Origin: a virus
Lineage: Duplodnaviria > Caudoviricetes
Direction: 5' to 3' (one strand)
DNA: 64,000 bases
IMG/VR virus record: IMGVR_UViG_3300025875_000011
Coordinates: 1-64,000 of that record
This document shows positions 45,359 to 54,832 of the stretch, one piece after another. Numbering within the stretch: the stretch's first letter is position 1; the number at the start of each line of letters is the position of its first letter. The position numbers were made by a program, and so were the translations under genes. The notes beneath the pieces were generated by a model. That model made no database searches, was not told the origin of the DNA, and saw only the letters and a list, made by a program, of their open reading frames with translations.

Positions 45359-45723
45359 CACCACACCTGCCGTACGGGCTGCTCGTGGAAGGTGCAGGTC
45401 AGGACGTGCTCGACGCTGTGGAGGATCTGGCCCTCGCTGGCCTCGCAGTCGGAGCCGTCGTCCTCGTGCTCGTAGCGGGGGGCCAGGACGATCTCCTGGC
45501 CGTGGGTGGAGCAGACGTGGAACTCGCGCTCGCCGCCGCCGGGGGTGTCCTCGATCTCCAGGAGGCGCTGGTTCTGGCCGGCTCCGCACAGGACGCCGTC
45601 GGTGTGGCGGTAGATCCGGCCGTCGGGCCACGCGACGCGCTTGGCCGGCGCGTGGTTCGGGGTCGTGTGCGAGACGGGGAGGACGGAGACGGCGTACGCG
45701 CCTTCGGTGGGGATGTCGTTCAT
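45358..45723 (-). CDS. Cys/His-rich hypothetical protein
   Basis: Promoter and leader motif upstream. Confidence 0.7.
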   Translation of the reverse strand: MNDIPTEGAYAVSVLPVSHTTPNHAPAKRVAWPDGRIYRHTDGVLCGAGQNQRLLEIEDTPGGGEREFHVCSTHGQEIVLAPRYEHEDDGSDCEASEGQILHSVEHVLTCTFHEQPVRQVW

Positions 45724-45769
45724 GGTGGAGCCCTTCTTCCTTGGTGGTGACCTCAGTCTAGCAGAAAGA

Positions 45770-46168
45770 CTAGACAGTGGGGGAGGTGCGGGCACCCGAT
45801 CCGAGGAAGTCGTCCGGCATCGGGTCGACACCCTCGGGAGGACGGAACGCCCAGTCGAGGGCCTGGCGCACGATCTCGGCCTCCCACCCGCGCAGGCGAG
45901 GACCCTGGGTCTTGGTCAGGGTCTCCTCGCGGATCTCCAGCTCGGCCTCGGTGAACTCGTCGACGCGGATCGACACCTGGTGGACGAGCGGCGACGACGT
46001 CGACGGGCGACGGACGGCCTGGCTGGGGGCGTACCCCAGGTCCTTGATCGCCGTCTCGACCTTCGTACGGACGGCCTCCGCGACGAGCGCGGGGTCGTTG
46101 ACGACGCGGCCGACCGTACGGACGGACACGCCGGCCTTGGTGGCGACGTCCTGAGCGGTGGCGGTCAT
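45770..46168 (-). CDS. LacI-type HTH DNA-binding protein
   Basis: ATAQDVATKAGVSVRTVGRVVND...RTKVETAIKDLGYAP LacI N-terminal signature, no sugar-binding domain. Confidence 0.85.
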   Translation of the reverse strand: MTATAQDVATKAGVSVRTVGRVVNDPALVAEAVRTKVETAIKDLGYAPSQAVRRPSTSSPLVHQVSIRVDEFTEAELEIREETLTKTQGPRLRGWEAEIVRQALDWAFRPPEGVDPMPDDFLGSGARTSPTV

Positions 46169-46434
46169 GAGGAGGCTCCGATTCTGAACTGGGCGAAGGC
46201 GCGAGCGACCGCGCGGACGGACTTGTTGAACTGGCGGAACGCGTGGTGAACACCACGCAACGCGAGACCGCGCCTCGCGGCCCTGACCCGTAGCCGACGC
46301 ACCGCGAGGGTGTGACGGTCGCGGGACCTGCGGGCCACGGCCGACCGGCCGGTCCACGTCTTGCGGTCGGGGTAGTGGTCGGCGTACCGACGAGCGACGA
46401 GCATCCGCCGCTTGATCTTGGTGATGCTGGTCAT
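46165..46434 (-). CDS. Basic hypothetical protein
   Basis: 89 aa Arg-rich; overlapped packing. Confidence 0.55.
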   Translation of the reverse strand: MTSITKIKRRMLVARRYADHYPDRKTWTGRSAVARRSRDRHTLAVRRLRVRAARRGLALRGVHHAFRQFNKSVRAVARAFAQFRIGASS

Positions 46435-46733
46435 CTGGGGATCTCCGTGAGGGTGAGGTAGTAGGTCCGGCCGTACCCGTCGGGCGCGGTCGGGTCTGCG
46501 GTGTCGACGAGGATGGCGGTGTCGTCCTCGGAGAGCGGGAACTCGGGGAACGCGTGGGCCACCTGGGCCAACGCCAGCTTGGCGTCGTCGCTGGTCGCGG
46601 TGAGGAAGCGACGCATCTCGCCGCGGACGTCGTCGAGGTCCTGAGCGGCCTTCTTCGGATCGTGGGTGGTCGCGGCCTTCTCGGCCAGGTGGGAGATCCC
46701 AGCGAGCGCACGGCGGGTGGCGATGTCGGTCAT
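46431..46733 (-). CDS. Hypothetical protein
   Basis: Promoter/leader motif upstream. Confidence 0.7.
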   Translation of the reverse strand: MTDIATRRALAGISHLAEKAATTHDPKKAAQDLDDVRGEMRRFLTATSDDAKLALAQVAHAFPEFPLSEDDTAILVDTADPTAPDGYGRTYYLTLTEIPR

Positions 46734-46773
46734 GGTCTGGCCCTTCGGTGGTGGTGGTCTGTCTGGTCTTAGT

Positions 46774-47202
46774 CTAGCGGGATTCCTGGTCTGTGGCTAC
46801 CCCCTTCCGCACAAGACGGTCTGCGACCCTGACCGTCCGCGCTGACCGATGGTTGAGGTCCCGGACCCCGTGCTCCGCAGACGCTCGGAACGACGGGTGC
46901 AGCGGGACCGGGGACACGTAGTCCAGGACCGACCGAACGATCCGGCCGGTGGCGAGCGCGATCCGCAGCGCGAGGAGTTGGTGCGGTCCGGCCGCCGCGA
47001 GGCCGACGCCGACCCAGCCGGCGCACAGGTTCCCGTCCTTCTGGTGGCACATGAACAGTCGCGGCGGCTGGTTGAAGGTCTCTGCGTCGTAGGGGGGCAG
47101 CTTTGCGTACTCGCTGAGGGACCAGAGCCCCGAGGGGGCGTCCGCGCGCATCGGACAGGATCCGCACGGACGCCCCGCTACCGGGTGAGGGTCACTCAGC
47201 AC
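46774..47202 (-). CDS. Cys-rich hypothetical protein (DUF6283-like)
   Basis: RPCGSCPMR..APSGLW..EY.KLP.YD...CHQ..CAGW pattern. Confidence 0.65.
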   Translation of the reverse strand: MLSDPHPVAGRPCGSCPMRADAPSGLWSLSEYAKLPPYDAETFNQPPRLFMCHQKDGNLCAGWVGVGLAAAGPHQLLALRIALATGRIVRSVLDYVSPVPLHPSFRASAEHGVRDLNHRSARTVRVADRLVRKGVATDQESR

Positions 47203-47999
47203 CCGAGGTCACCGTTCCAGCGGGCCCGCTGGTAGGCGTACGGGTGGCCGGTGACGATCATGTCGGCCCCGGCCGCGATCCCGGCCTTCCAGGAGGTGAG
47301 GGTTTCCCCTCCGGTCCGGACCACACCCCCGGCCGCGTGGATGGCCTTGACGGCCTCCGGGGTCATCTGGGAGGCGGAGGTGAAGTTCTCCCCGGAGATC
47401 CCGGCCGGCATCGGGAGGAGCGGCGCGTCGACGTTGAGGCTGATGTTCAGCTTCGGGTTGTTGGCCTTCATCCGCTGCATCGAGGCGAGTTCCCAGCGGA
47501 ACCCGGTCAGGTAGACGCGGCCCTCCAGGCCGACCAGCTGGGGCTCGAGGACGGCCTGCTCGGTGGGGGTGAGGTACCGCTTCAACTCCAGGAACAGGTG
47601 CGCGTTCGGGTCGGCCCGGACCAGGGCCAGGAGGCGGACCAGGGTGAGGATCTGCTCCCCGTCGTCGAGCCGGAGCGCGGCGATCTGGGTGGACGACTTC
47701 TCGATCACCAGGCCGTCGCCGTTCGACACCCGCTCCAGGGTGTTGTCGTGGAACATGACGCCCTTGTGGTCGGTGGTGAACCACAGGTCGGTCTCGGCCC
47801 AGTCGACCCCGTCGATCTTGTACGCGGCCAGGAAGGTGCGCTCGCCGTTCTCGGTCCCGCTCCCCTCGTAGGCCAGGCCGCGGTGAGCCGCGACGGGGGG
47901 ACACCCGGCCGCCTGAGCGGTCGGAGCGACGAGGGTCAGGGGGACAGCGGCGAGGGTGAGGGTGGCCCCGAAAGCAGCGAGGCGGTGGCGGAGGTTCAT
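47196..47999 (-). CDS. Secreted glycerophosphodiester phosphodiesterase (GDPD)
   Basis: Signal peptide ending AQA; AAHRG, EN, ETDLWFTTD, VMFHDNTLER, LFLELK, GADMIVT. Confidence 0.92.
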   Translation of the reverse strand: MNLRHRLAAFGATLTLAAVPLTLVAPTAQAAGCPPVAAHRGLAYEGSGTENGERTFLAAYKIDGVDWAETDLWFTTDHKGVMFHDNTLERVSNGDGLVIEKSSTQIAALRLDDGEQILTLVRLLALVRADPNAHLFLELKRYLTPTEQAVLEPQLVGLEGRVYLTGFRWELASMQRMKANNPKLNISLNVDAPLLPMPAGISGENFTSASQMTPEAVKAIHAAGGVVRTGGETLTSWKAGIAAGADMIVTGHPYAYQRARWNGDLGC

Positions 48000-48508
48000 C
48001 GGTGGGTTCCTTCGGTGGTGGAGGGGGTGGGGGTGTGGCCGTGGTTGTCCTTGGCGTCCTCGGTCCAGCACTCGTCGCACATGCTGTCGTGCTCGACGTC
48101 GGTCCCGCCCGGGACGTGCTTCGAGCACTCCGAGCACGCCCGGTTCCGGTGCTCCGAGCAGAAGAACAGGCCGTCGGTGGTCTCGGCCCAGTCGCTGTCG
48201 AGCGCCTCGTCACGAGCACCACCCGTGTCGGCCCAGGCGCTGTACTCGCTGTCCTCGGTGGACTTGACTCCGCACCCCGGCTCCTGGCAGACGATGAACC
48301 AGTAGGGCGCGGAGACGTAGCCGGTGGTCGGAGGGTCGGGTTCGGCCAGCCGAAGGATTGCCTCAGCGGGGAACAGCAAGTCGATGGTCTCGACGAGCCG
48401 CTCCCGCATCTGGGGGTCGAACACGATCTCGGCCCCGGCCTGCTCGTCCATCACGACGAGGAGATCGTCGACGCGCTGGACGACGAGCCGGTCACTGAGG
48501 CGGGTCAC
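47996..48508 (-). CDS. Hypothetical zinc-binding protein
   Basis: CQEPGC...FCSEH...CSEC...CDEC. Confidence 0.65.
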   Translation of the reverse strand: MTRLSDRLVVQRVDDLLVVMDEQAGAEIVFDPQMRERLVETIDLLFPAEAILRLAEPDPPTTGYVSAPYWFIVCQEPGCGVKSTEDSEYSAWADTGGARDEALDSDWAETTDGLFFCSEHRNRACSECSKHVPGGTDVEHDSMCDECWTEDAKDNHGHTPTPSTTEGTHR

Positions 48509-48906
48509 GGGAGCACCACGTCTCGGTCTTCGACGGGCTGGTAGTTCCCGCGCCGGGTCTTGACGATCGGGTCCCACCCGTTCCCGCGCATGTTCGCGGC
48601 GAGGGTGCGGAACTCGTTGCCCCACGACTCGACCTCGGCCAGGGTGTGGGTGGTGCCCCGGTAGATCCGGTGACGGTTGACCGGGGTGGCGACGGTCTCC
48701 TTACACGGCCGCCATTCGACGTCTCCCTCGTCGGTCGACCACCGCTGCCACCAGGCGTCGGTGACCTCCAGCGCGAACCATCCGGCCGGGTCGACCGCGT
48801 CGAGGGCCACGGCGGTACCGGGGTTGTCGATGCGGATGGCCTCTCCCTCCTCGGAGAAGAACGACCCGGGGTAGAGCGGCTTGACGTGGAACCTGCGTTC
48901 GATCAC
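48505..48906 (-). CDS. Hypothetical protein
   Basis: 133 aa, 4-bp overlaps. Confidence 0.65.
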   Translation of the reverse strand: MIERRFHVKPLYPGSFFSEEGEAIRIDNPGTAVALDAVDPAGWFALEVTDAWWQRWSTDEGDVEWRPCKETVATPVNRHRIYRGTTHTLAEVESWGNEFRTLAANMRGNGWDPIVKTRRGNYQPVEDRDVVLP

Positions 48907-50270
48907 TTTTTCCGACCCTTCTCCTCGGCCTTGCGGTCGGCGATGATCCGCTTCTCGATGTCGGACAGGCCGTACCCCCACTTGCTGAGGATCTCGAGGT
49001 ACGGGGCTGCGGTCGCCAGCTGCGAGCGCCACGCGTCGTCGGTGAGGTAGTCCTCGACCGACGCGACGACGATGCACAGCGTCAGGTGCGCGGCCCGCTT
49101 CGCGGAGGCCCGGTTGATCTCGGTGGACACCTTGTCGCGGTCCAGGCCGACGAGGGGGAGGTGGGTGGCCGACGTCGGAATCCACGTCGTCAGGTGGCCG
49201 GCGACGAACTTCTCGGACCCGGCCAGGGTCGCGGTCGACTTCCCCAGGGTGAGGAGCCACTTCGCGCGGACGTTCGTGGCCTCCTTCCACGCCTTGTTCG
49301 ACTCGACGACGCGCTTCCGCTCGGCCTTCGCGGCCTCACGCGCCTCGTCGGACTGCTCGGAGGCCGGGACCTTCGCGGCCGGGGGCTGGGCGTACGACAT
49401 CTTCTCGTGGCCGTTGGCCTTCCAGTCGGTGCAGACCTCGGTGGTGGTGACGTTCCACCCGGAGGTGCGCCAGTCCTGGTGGACGGTGAGGTAGACGGCC
49501 TTCCCGGGGCAGGTCGCGTGGTCGTTCGCGGAGACCTTGAGGTTGAGCAGCCGCTCCCACTCGGGAGCGAGCGGGCCGTGGTCGACGGGCCGCTCGACGA
49601 CCTTGATCCCCTCGGCCTCCAGCGCGACGGTCGCGTCTTCAATGGCCTTCACCCGGGCCTTGTCCGACTCCCACTCGTTCCGGACGTGCTCGACGTCCTG
49701 GCCGGCCGCGGCGTCGTTGAAGACCTCGATCAGCATCTCCCCGTCCGCTCCGTCGGCCTCCATCTCCGCGACGAGCTCGGCGAACTCCAGAGACAGGCCC
49801 TCCTCGGCGTACGTCTTCGCGGTCGGGGACGCGACGATCTTCCGGGCCGCGTGGACCGTCTCGGGGTCGAGGTTCAGGCTCGACGCGAGCAGGTCGGCCG
49901 GGACACCGAACAGGGCCAGCTCGTCGACGGCTGCGACCTCGTCGGTCAGGTTCATCGCGGTGCGGTGGTGGTTCTCGGCCCACTGGTCGACGACCCGCTC
50001 GTACGTGGTGGGCTCGGAGGGGTGGACGTAGACGGGGACGGTGTCGCGCTCGGCCACGATCGCGGCCAGGGTCCGGCGCTGGCCGGCCTTGACGACGATG
50101 GCCCCGGTCGGGTCCCGCCAGGCGACGATGGGCTCGAGGACGCCCCGGTCGCGGATGGAGGCGATGAACTCGGGGTTGAGGTCGACGTGGTCGGCCGATC
50201 GGATGTTCAGGCCGATGGTCAGGGTCTTCGGGTCGAGGTGCTCCAGCGTGGGAGCGGTGGTGTCGGTCAT
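48903..50270 (-). CDS. ParB/RepB/Spo0J family protein, long plasmid-type form
   Basis: NIRS...FIASIRDRGVLEPI...KAGQRRTLAA...AENHHR, then HTH and C-terminal CPG/CTDW segment. Confidence 0.85.
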   Translation of the reverse strand: MTDTTAPTLEHLDPKTLTIGLNIRSADHVDLNPEFIASIRDRGVLEPIVAWRDPTGAIVVKAGQRRTLAAIVAERDTVPVYVHPSEPTTYERVVDQWAENHHRTAMNLTDEVAAVDELALFGVPADLLASSLNLDPETVHAARKIVASPTAKTYAEEGLSLEFAELVAEMEADGADGEMLIEVFNDAAAGQDVEHVRNEWESDKARVKAIEDATVALEAEGIKVVERPVDHGPLAPEWERLLNLKVSANDHATCPGKAVYLTVHQDWRTSGWNVTTTEVCTDWKANGHEKMSYAQPPAAKVPASEQSDEAREAAKAERKRVVESNKAWKEATNVRAKWLLTLGKSTATLAGSEKFVAGHLTTWIPTSATHLPLVGLDRDKVSTEINRASAKRAAHLTLCIVVASVEDYLTDDAWRSQLATAAPYLEILSKWGYGLSDIEKRIIADRKAEEKGRKK

Positions 50271-50464
50271 GCGGGTGAGCCTTCCTTGGTGGGGGTGGAG
50301 ACGGAGCCGTAGACGACGGGGACGTCGTCGGGCTCGGAGAGGCGGCGGTAGAACTCCTCGGGGAGACCCGGGGAGGCGGGGATCGTGATGTACCCGGGGG
50401 CGACTCGGACGGTCTCCCGCTCGGTGTTCATGGTCCCGCCGACGTACGCGATGATCACGCTCAC
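50267..50464 (-). CDS. Small hypothetical protein
   Basis: Leader motif and SD. Confidence 0.55.
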   Translation of the reverse strand: MSVIIAYVGGTMNTERETVRVAPGYITIPASPGLPEEFYRRLSEPDDVPVVYGSVSTPTKEGSPA

Positions 50465-50549
50465 GGCGTGTCCTTCCTGGTGGTGGTGGTGGTGGTGAGG
50501 GTGGCCCGTCCGCGCGCGGTGGGAGCGGGCGGGCCACCCGGTCAGTGGG

Positions 50550-50660
50550 TCAGTCGCGGTCTTTCTCGTCGCGGACGACTTTCGCGGCGGCGGCGAAGCC
50601 CCACAAGATGACGGCGACGACGAGGCCGACCACGCCGATCAGCGCCCAGATAGAGATCAC
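50550..50660 (-). CDS. 36-aa single-TM peptide (not in ORF track)
   Basis: MISIWALIGVVGLVVAVILWGFAAAAKVVRDEKDRD; GTG overlaps the upstream stop. Confidence 0.5.
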   Translation of the reverse strand: MISIWALIGVVGLVVAVILWGFAAAAKVVRDEKDRD

Positions 50661-51181
50661 GGGATCTCGTGTCCCTTCTGGATTAGGACGCCCTCCGTCA
50701 TCGGCGCTGTCCAGGGACCGTTGTCGATGGCGACCTTGAAGGCGTCACCGTCGATGGCTAGGCGGAGCCTGTCGATGTAGGGGTCCACGTTGAGGTCGCC
50801 CAGGACGTGGCCGGTGAGGGTGACCATGAGGTCGAAGGGGGGCGGGTTCTTCCGGTCGGCCCACGCGACGAGGGCCTCACCGAGCGAGCGGGCCAGCTCG
50901 GGCGGGAGGTTGACCCCCTGGCCGGACCACAGCGACAGGCACGAGCCGAGGTCGACGAGGTCGACCTGACGGCGCTCACCGCCGTGGGTCTGGCCCACGA
51001 TGCTGATGTGGTGGTTCTTCGGGTCGACGTGGATCCCCTCGGCGTCGTGGTCGACGAAGCCGTCCAGGATCTCGGACTGGGCGAGGTAGGCGTCGAAGAC
51101 CTCGCGGGTCAGGCCGCCGACGACGGGGGCCGCGGTCATGTACTCGCGGACCCGCTCGGGGAGGGACTTCTGGTCGTTCAT
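50657..51181 (-). CDS. Hypothetical protein
   Basis: Leader motif; 174 aa. Confidence 0.7.
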   Translation of the reverse strand: MNDQKSLPERVREYMTAAPVVGGLTREVFDAYLAQSEILDGFVDHDAEGIHVDPKNHHISIVGQTHGGERRQVDLVDLGSCLSLWSGQGVNLPPELARSLGEALVAWADRKNPPPFDLMVTLTGHVLGDLNVDPYIDRLRLAIDGDAFKVAIDNGPWTAPMTEGVLIQKGHEIP

Positions 51182-51217
51182 GGGTGGAGCCTTTCTTCGG
51201 GGTGGTGGTGGTGGTGG

Positions 51218-51592
51218 TCAGCGGGAAGCGCAGTCGGCCTTCTCAGCGTGGTAGTCGGGGGTCACGCCCCGGACCTTCTCGGAGAGCCGGTTGATCTTGG
51301 CCGTGTTCTCGGGGATGCGGTCGTAGTCGCTGTCCGCGATGGCCTGGAAGCTGTCGCCCGCGATCTTGGAGGCGTCGCTGGACCAGCCGATGATCTGGTC
51401 GCCGTGGTCGATCGCGTCGAGGCACGACTGGGGGGTCCTGGTGACCGTGACGGTCGCGGTCGGGGCCGGGGCGGGGGCGTCGGACTTCGCGGTCGCGCTT
51501 CCGATGGTCAGGCCCAGGATCAGGGTCGCGCCGGCGACGAGGGTGGGGACCAGGACCCGACGCTTCGGTGCGGGCGGGGTGGGTGTGCTCAT
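51218..51592 (-). CDS. Exported / membrane-anchored protein
   Basis: N-terminal hydrophobic helix, PAPTATVTVT linker, two Cys. Confidence 0.75.
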   Translation of the reverse strand: MSTPTPPAPKRRVLVPTLVAGATLILGLTIGSATAKSDAPAPAPTATVTVTRTPQSCLDAIDHGDQIIGWSSDASKIAGDSFQAIADSDYDRIPENTAKINRLSEKVRGVTPDYHAEKADCASR

Positions 51593-51670
51593 GGGGTGGA
51601 ACCTTTCGCTGGTGGTGGTGGTCTGTCGTGTCTCAGTCTAGCGGAAGGGCGGGGATAGGTCTAGCGGGAC

Positions 51671-52084
51671 TCACAGACCGGGGAGCGCGCCGTCCGTCGA
51701 CCCCTCCACGCCGTAGTCGGACTCGTCGAGGTCCCACCAGGTGTCATCGCGCCGGTCCCAGACCGTGTCCAGGTGGCAGCTGGGACAGCGCCAGACGTGG
51801 AGCCAGTACGTCGGAGTGGCCGGGATCTCCTGGGTCACCTCGTAGGTCCGTCCGGGCTGGTTCTTCGACCGCTTTAGCCGGGTCATGGTCACGGTCTCCC
51901 CCGCCAGCGGGTAGACCAGGCCGGTGTTCATCGCGGACTTGTCCCGGGATCCGCACTCGTTGCAGGTGACCGGCTTCATGTGCCAGTCGGCCGTCGTCCA
52001 GTAGGTCTCCCAGCCCTTCCACTCCACCCGGTGGCCGTCCCACAGCGGCGGGAGGTCGTGGAGCGTGGGGAGCGCCCGGACCAT
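51671..52084 (-). CDS. Zinc-ribbon hypothetical protein
   Basis: LPPLWDG...CNEC...CPSC...WDLDESDYG. Confidence 0.7.
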   Translation of the reverse strand: MVRALPTLHDLPPLWDGHRVEWKGWETYWTTADWHMKPVTCNECGSRDKSAMNTGLVYPLAGETVTMTRLKRSKNQPGRTYEVTQEIPATPTYWLHVWRCPSCHLDTVWDRRDDTWWDLDESDYGVEGSTDGALPGL

Positions 52085-53490
52085 CAGTCCTTCACCACCG
52101 AGAGGTAGTCGCGGCTCGACTGGATCGGGGTGAGCCGTTCCGGCTGGGACAGGCGGGCGTACTCCCCGAACTTGATTAGGCTCCGGACTCCGGTCGGGCC
52201 GTTGCGCTGCTTGCCGAGGATGGCCTCGACGTCGTCGGACTTCTCCATCTTGCCGTTGATCTCGACCTCCTCCTCCCACAGCAGCCACACGTTGTCGGCG
52301 GTCTGCTCGAGGTCGCCGGACTCGCGCAGGTCCGACACCTGGGGGCGCTTGTCCTGTCGGCCCTCGGGGTTGCGGTTCAGCTGGGCGAGGACCAGGAGGT
52401 GGGTGTCGTACTGCTTGGCGAGGGCCTTCAACTCGACGATCACCTCCCCGATGTGCTGCTGGCGAGACAGTCGCGGGTTCACGGCCCGGACGAGGCCGAT
52501 GTAGTCGATCGCTACGATCCCGAGCCGGTTCCCGGCGCGGTGGGCGCGGCGGTGAGCGGCGACGATCGCGCTCTTGATGTCGAGGATGGTCTGGCCGCCG
52601 TCGTCGACGACGGTCAGGTAGTCGCGGTCGGCCCGCATCTTCGGCAGGGCCCGGTTGATCCGGTCCCAGTCCTTCGGTCCGAGCGCGTCGCCTCCGGTGA
52701 GGATCGAGGTGAGGTTGACCCCGGCCGTGTGGGCGAGGGTCCGCTGGGTGATCTCCTGTTCGGTCATCTCCAGGCTCACGATCAGCGCGTGCTGCTGGTG
52801 GCGGCGGACGAGGTCGGTGACCGCGTTCTCGGCGAACAGCGACTTCCCCGCGCCGGGGCGGCCGGCGACGATGGTCACCCCTCCGGGGGTCCAGCCGCGG
52901 AACAGGTTGTCGAAGTCGGACCAGGCCGTCGTCGGGACCCGCTGGTTGCCGTTCTGGGCGATGTCGACGACAGCCTCGAGCGCGGACGGCTTCACGTCGT
53001 TGGTCTCGCGGCGCTCCCGGATGCGGTCGAGCCACTCCTGGGTGGAGGCGAGGAGCCGCTCCGGGTCGGAGCCGGGGGTCCGTACGGCCTGGACCATCCG
53101 GAGCCCGACTTCCCCGCTCTGGCGCAGGAGGGAGCACTCGCGCAGCTTTCGGGCGTAGTGCTCGGCCTGGAACGAGAGGATGGTCGTGTCGCCGTTGAGG
53201 TCGGTCAGGAACACCGGCCCGTCGGGGAGCCGGTGGACGTGGCCGCCCATCCGGGCGATGAACATCGCCACCGAGGGGACCTCACCGTCCGCGTCGAGGT
53301 CGACGGCCAGCTGCCACAGGTAGCCGTGCATCGGGTTCGCGAAGTCGTGACGGTCGACCAGCCGCTTGAGCCGGGGGATGTCGTTGTAGCCCTGGAGGAC
53401 CGCGCCGACGACGGCCCGTTCCCACCACGCGTCTTCGGGGCCGTCGAGGGCGTCGACGGCCTCCACCTCGGTGCTCACCGTCTCGCTCAT
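52084..53490 (-). CDS. dnaB: DnaB-like replicative helicase
   Basis: AGRPGAGKS, SLEMT, IDYIGL, LAQLNR, RPQVSDLRESGDLEQTAD and KQRNGPTG motifs. Confidence 0.96.
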   Translation of the reverse strand: MSETVSTEVEAVDALDGPEDAWWERAVVGAVLQGYNDIPRLKRLVDRHDFANPMHGYLWQLAVDLDADGEVPSVAMFIARMGGHVHRLPDGPVFLTDLNGDTTILSFQAEHYARKLRECSLLRQSGEVGLRMVQAVRTPGSDPERLLASTQEWLDRIRERRETNDVKPSALEAVVDIAQNGNQRVPTTAWSDFDNLFRGWTPGGVTIVAGRPGAGKSLFAENAVTDLVRRHQQHALIVSLEMTEQEITQRTLAHTAGVNLTSILTGGDALGPKDWDRINRALPKMRADRDYLTVVDDGGQTILDIKSAIVAAHRRAHRAGNRLGIVAIDYIGLVRAVNPRLSRQQHIGEVIVELKALAKQYDTHLLVLAQLNRNPEGRQDKRPQVSDLRESGDLEQTADNVWLLWEEEVEINGKMEKSDDVEAILGKQRNGPTGVRSLIKFGEYARLSQPERLTPIQSSRDYLSVVKD

Positions 53491-54215
53491 GCGATGTCCC
53501 AGTTAGGCTCGCGGGTCGGACGGCCCTCGGTGAACGAGTACGCGTCCCTGGTGGCGACCTTCGCGCGGAGCCCCACGATCTCCTCCTCCCAGCACCCGCC
53601 GTTCAGCCACGGGAGCGACGTCTTGCGGTAGCCGTCCGGGGTCTGCTCCTGCTCCCACCAGGCCACGCGGGCCTTGATCGCCTCGACGATCATCTGGGGG
53701 TCGACGCCGGCCTTGACGACGGTCCGGAACTTGGCGAGGTTCTTCGCCTTCGACCCCGCTCGACGGGTGCTCGGGTAGGTCGTCCAGAACTCCTCGAAGG
53801 CGACGAGGATCGGGTCAGGCGCTACGTCTACTTCCCTTCCATCGTTCCCTTCAATCGTTAGTAGGTCTGTGGGACACCCCTGGGGTGTCTCTGTGACAGG
53901 GGTGGGGTGTCTGTGTGACACCCCTTCCTCGGGGCCTCCGAGCGTGTAGATGTTCGGTGCCCGTCCGGGCCTTCCCTTCGGGTCCACGGTCCAGGTGACG
54001 AAGCCACGCTCGCGGAGCGAGTCGAGCGCGCGCCGAGCTGTCGACTCCGAGACGGACGCGTCCTTGGCGATCACAGCGAGCGACGGCCAGCACTGGAGTC
54101 GAGCGTTCGCCCTCGACGACAGCGCGAGGTAGACGATCTTCTCCTGCACAGAGATGTCGGGGTCGCGCTGGATCGCGCGGGGGATGGTGGCGAAACCTTC
54201 AAGGTCGCCGCTCAT
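53487..54215 (-). CDS. Replication initiator (N-terminal winged HTH)
   Basis: CWPSLAVIAKDASVSESTARRALDSL; FEEFWTTYP; WLNGGCWEEE; directly upstream of dnaB. Confidence 0.85.
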   Translation of the reverse strand: MSGDLEGFATIPRAIQRDPDISVQEKIVYLALSSRANARLQCWPSLAVIAKDASVSESTARRALDSLRERGFVTWTVDPKGRPGRAPNIYTLGGPEEGVSHRHPTPVTETPQGCPTDLLTIEGNDGREVDVAPDPILVAFEEFWTTYPSTRRAGSKAKNLAKFRTVVKAGVDPQMIVEAIKARVAWWEQEQTPDGYRKTSLPWLNGGCWEEEIVGLRAKVATRDAYSFTEGRPTREPNWDIA

Positions 54216-54433
54216 CGGACGGCCCCCTTGCCGGGTGCCGTCGGGGTCCTGTACCTTTGCTCACGCATCAGTCGTTCGCTTCCGCTGGTGCCCTTCCACT
54301 TGGTGGTGGAGAGCGGGCCTGGTCTTCGGACCGGGCCCGCTTGGGCGTTTAGGACGACCACCGGCTGGTGGCCGCTTCGCACTTCTTCGATCCCTTGGTG
54401 GTGGGGTGCTGCTGGAGCGGACCTTACCCCTTC

Positions 54434-54832
54434 CTATCGCCGCCGTGTCAACCCCCCGTCTCTGCCGCTGGTCGGTAGCGGGTCCTGGATCGGGAGCCCC
54501 ATCAGGACGGCCCGGATCTCCCCCGAGATCAGGTCGTACGGCCGCCACACGTACACCTCGACCCCGCACGCGGCGAGGTCGTCGAGCCATTCCCGCTGCG
54601 CCGGCTCGGGATGCTGGGCCTGTTGCTTGAGCTCGGCGAACAGCAGACGCGGAGGATTGACCAGGGTGTTGTCGGGGAAGCCGGCCGTCACCTTCTCGTT
54701 CACCGCTCGTGGCGGGTGGTACCAACGCCAGCCGAGAGCTTCGGCCAACTCGTTGAACCTGACCTGGAGGCCACCCGGGCCCTTCTCCTTCATCGCGCGG
54801 GCCTGGAACATCCACGCCTCCTGCGGGGTCAC
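54434..54832 (-). CDS. VRR-NUC (PD-(D/E)xK) nuclease
   Basis: AGFPD...LLFAELK...QREWL...EVYVWRP. Confidence 0.88.
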   Translation of the reverse strand: MTPQEAWMFQARAMKEKGPGGLQVRFNELAEALGWRWYHPPRAVNEKVTAGFPDNTLVNPPRLLFAELKQQAQHPEPAQREWLDDLAACGVEVYVWRPYDLISGEIRAVLMGLPIQDPLPTSGRDGGLTRRR

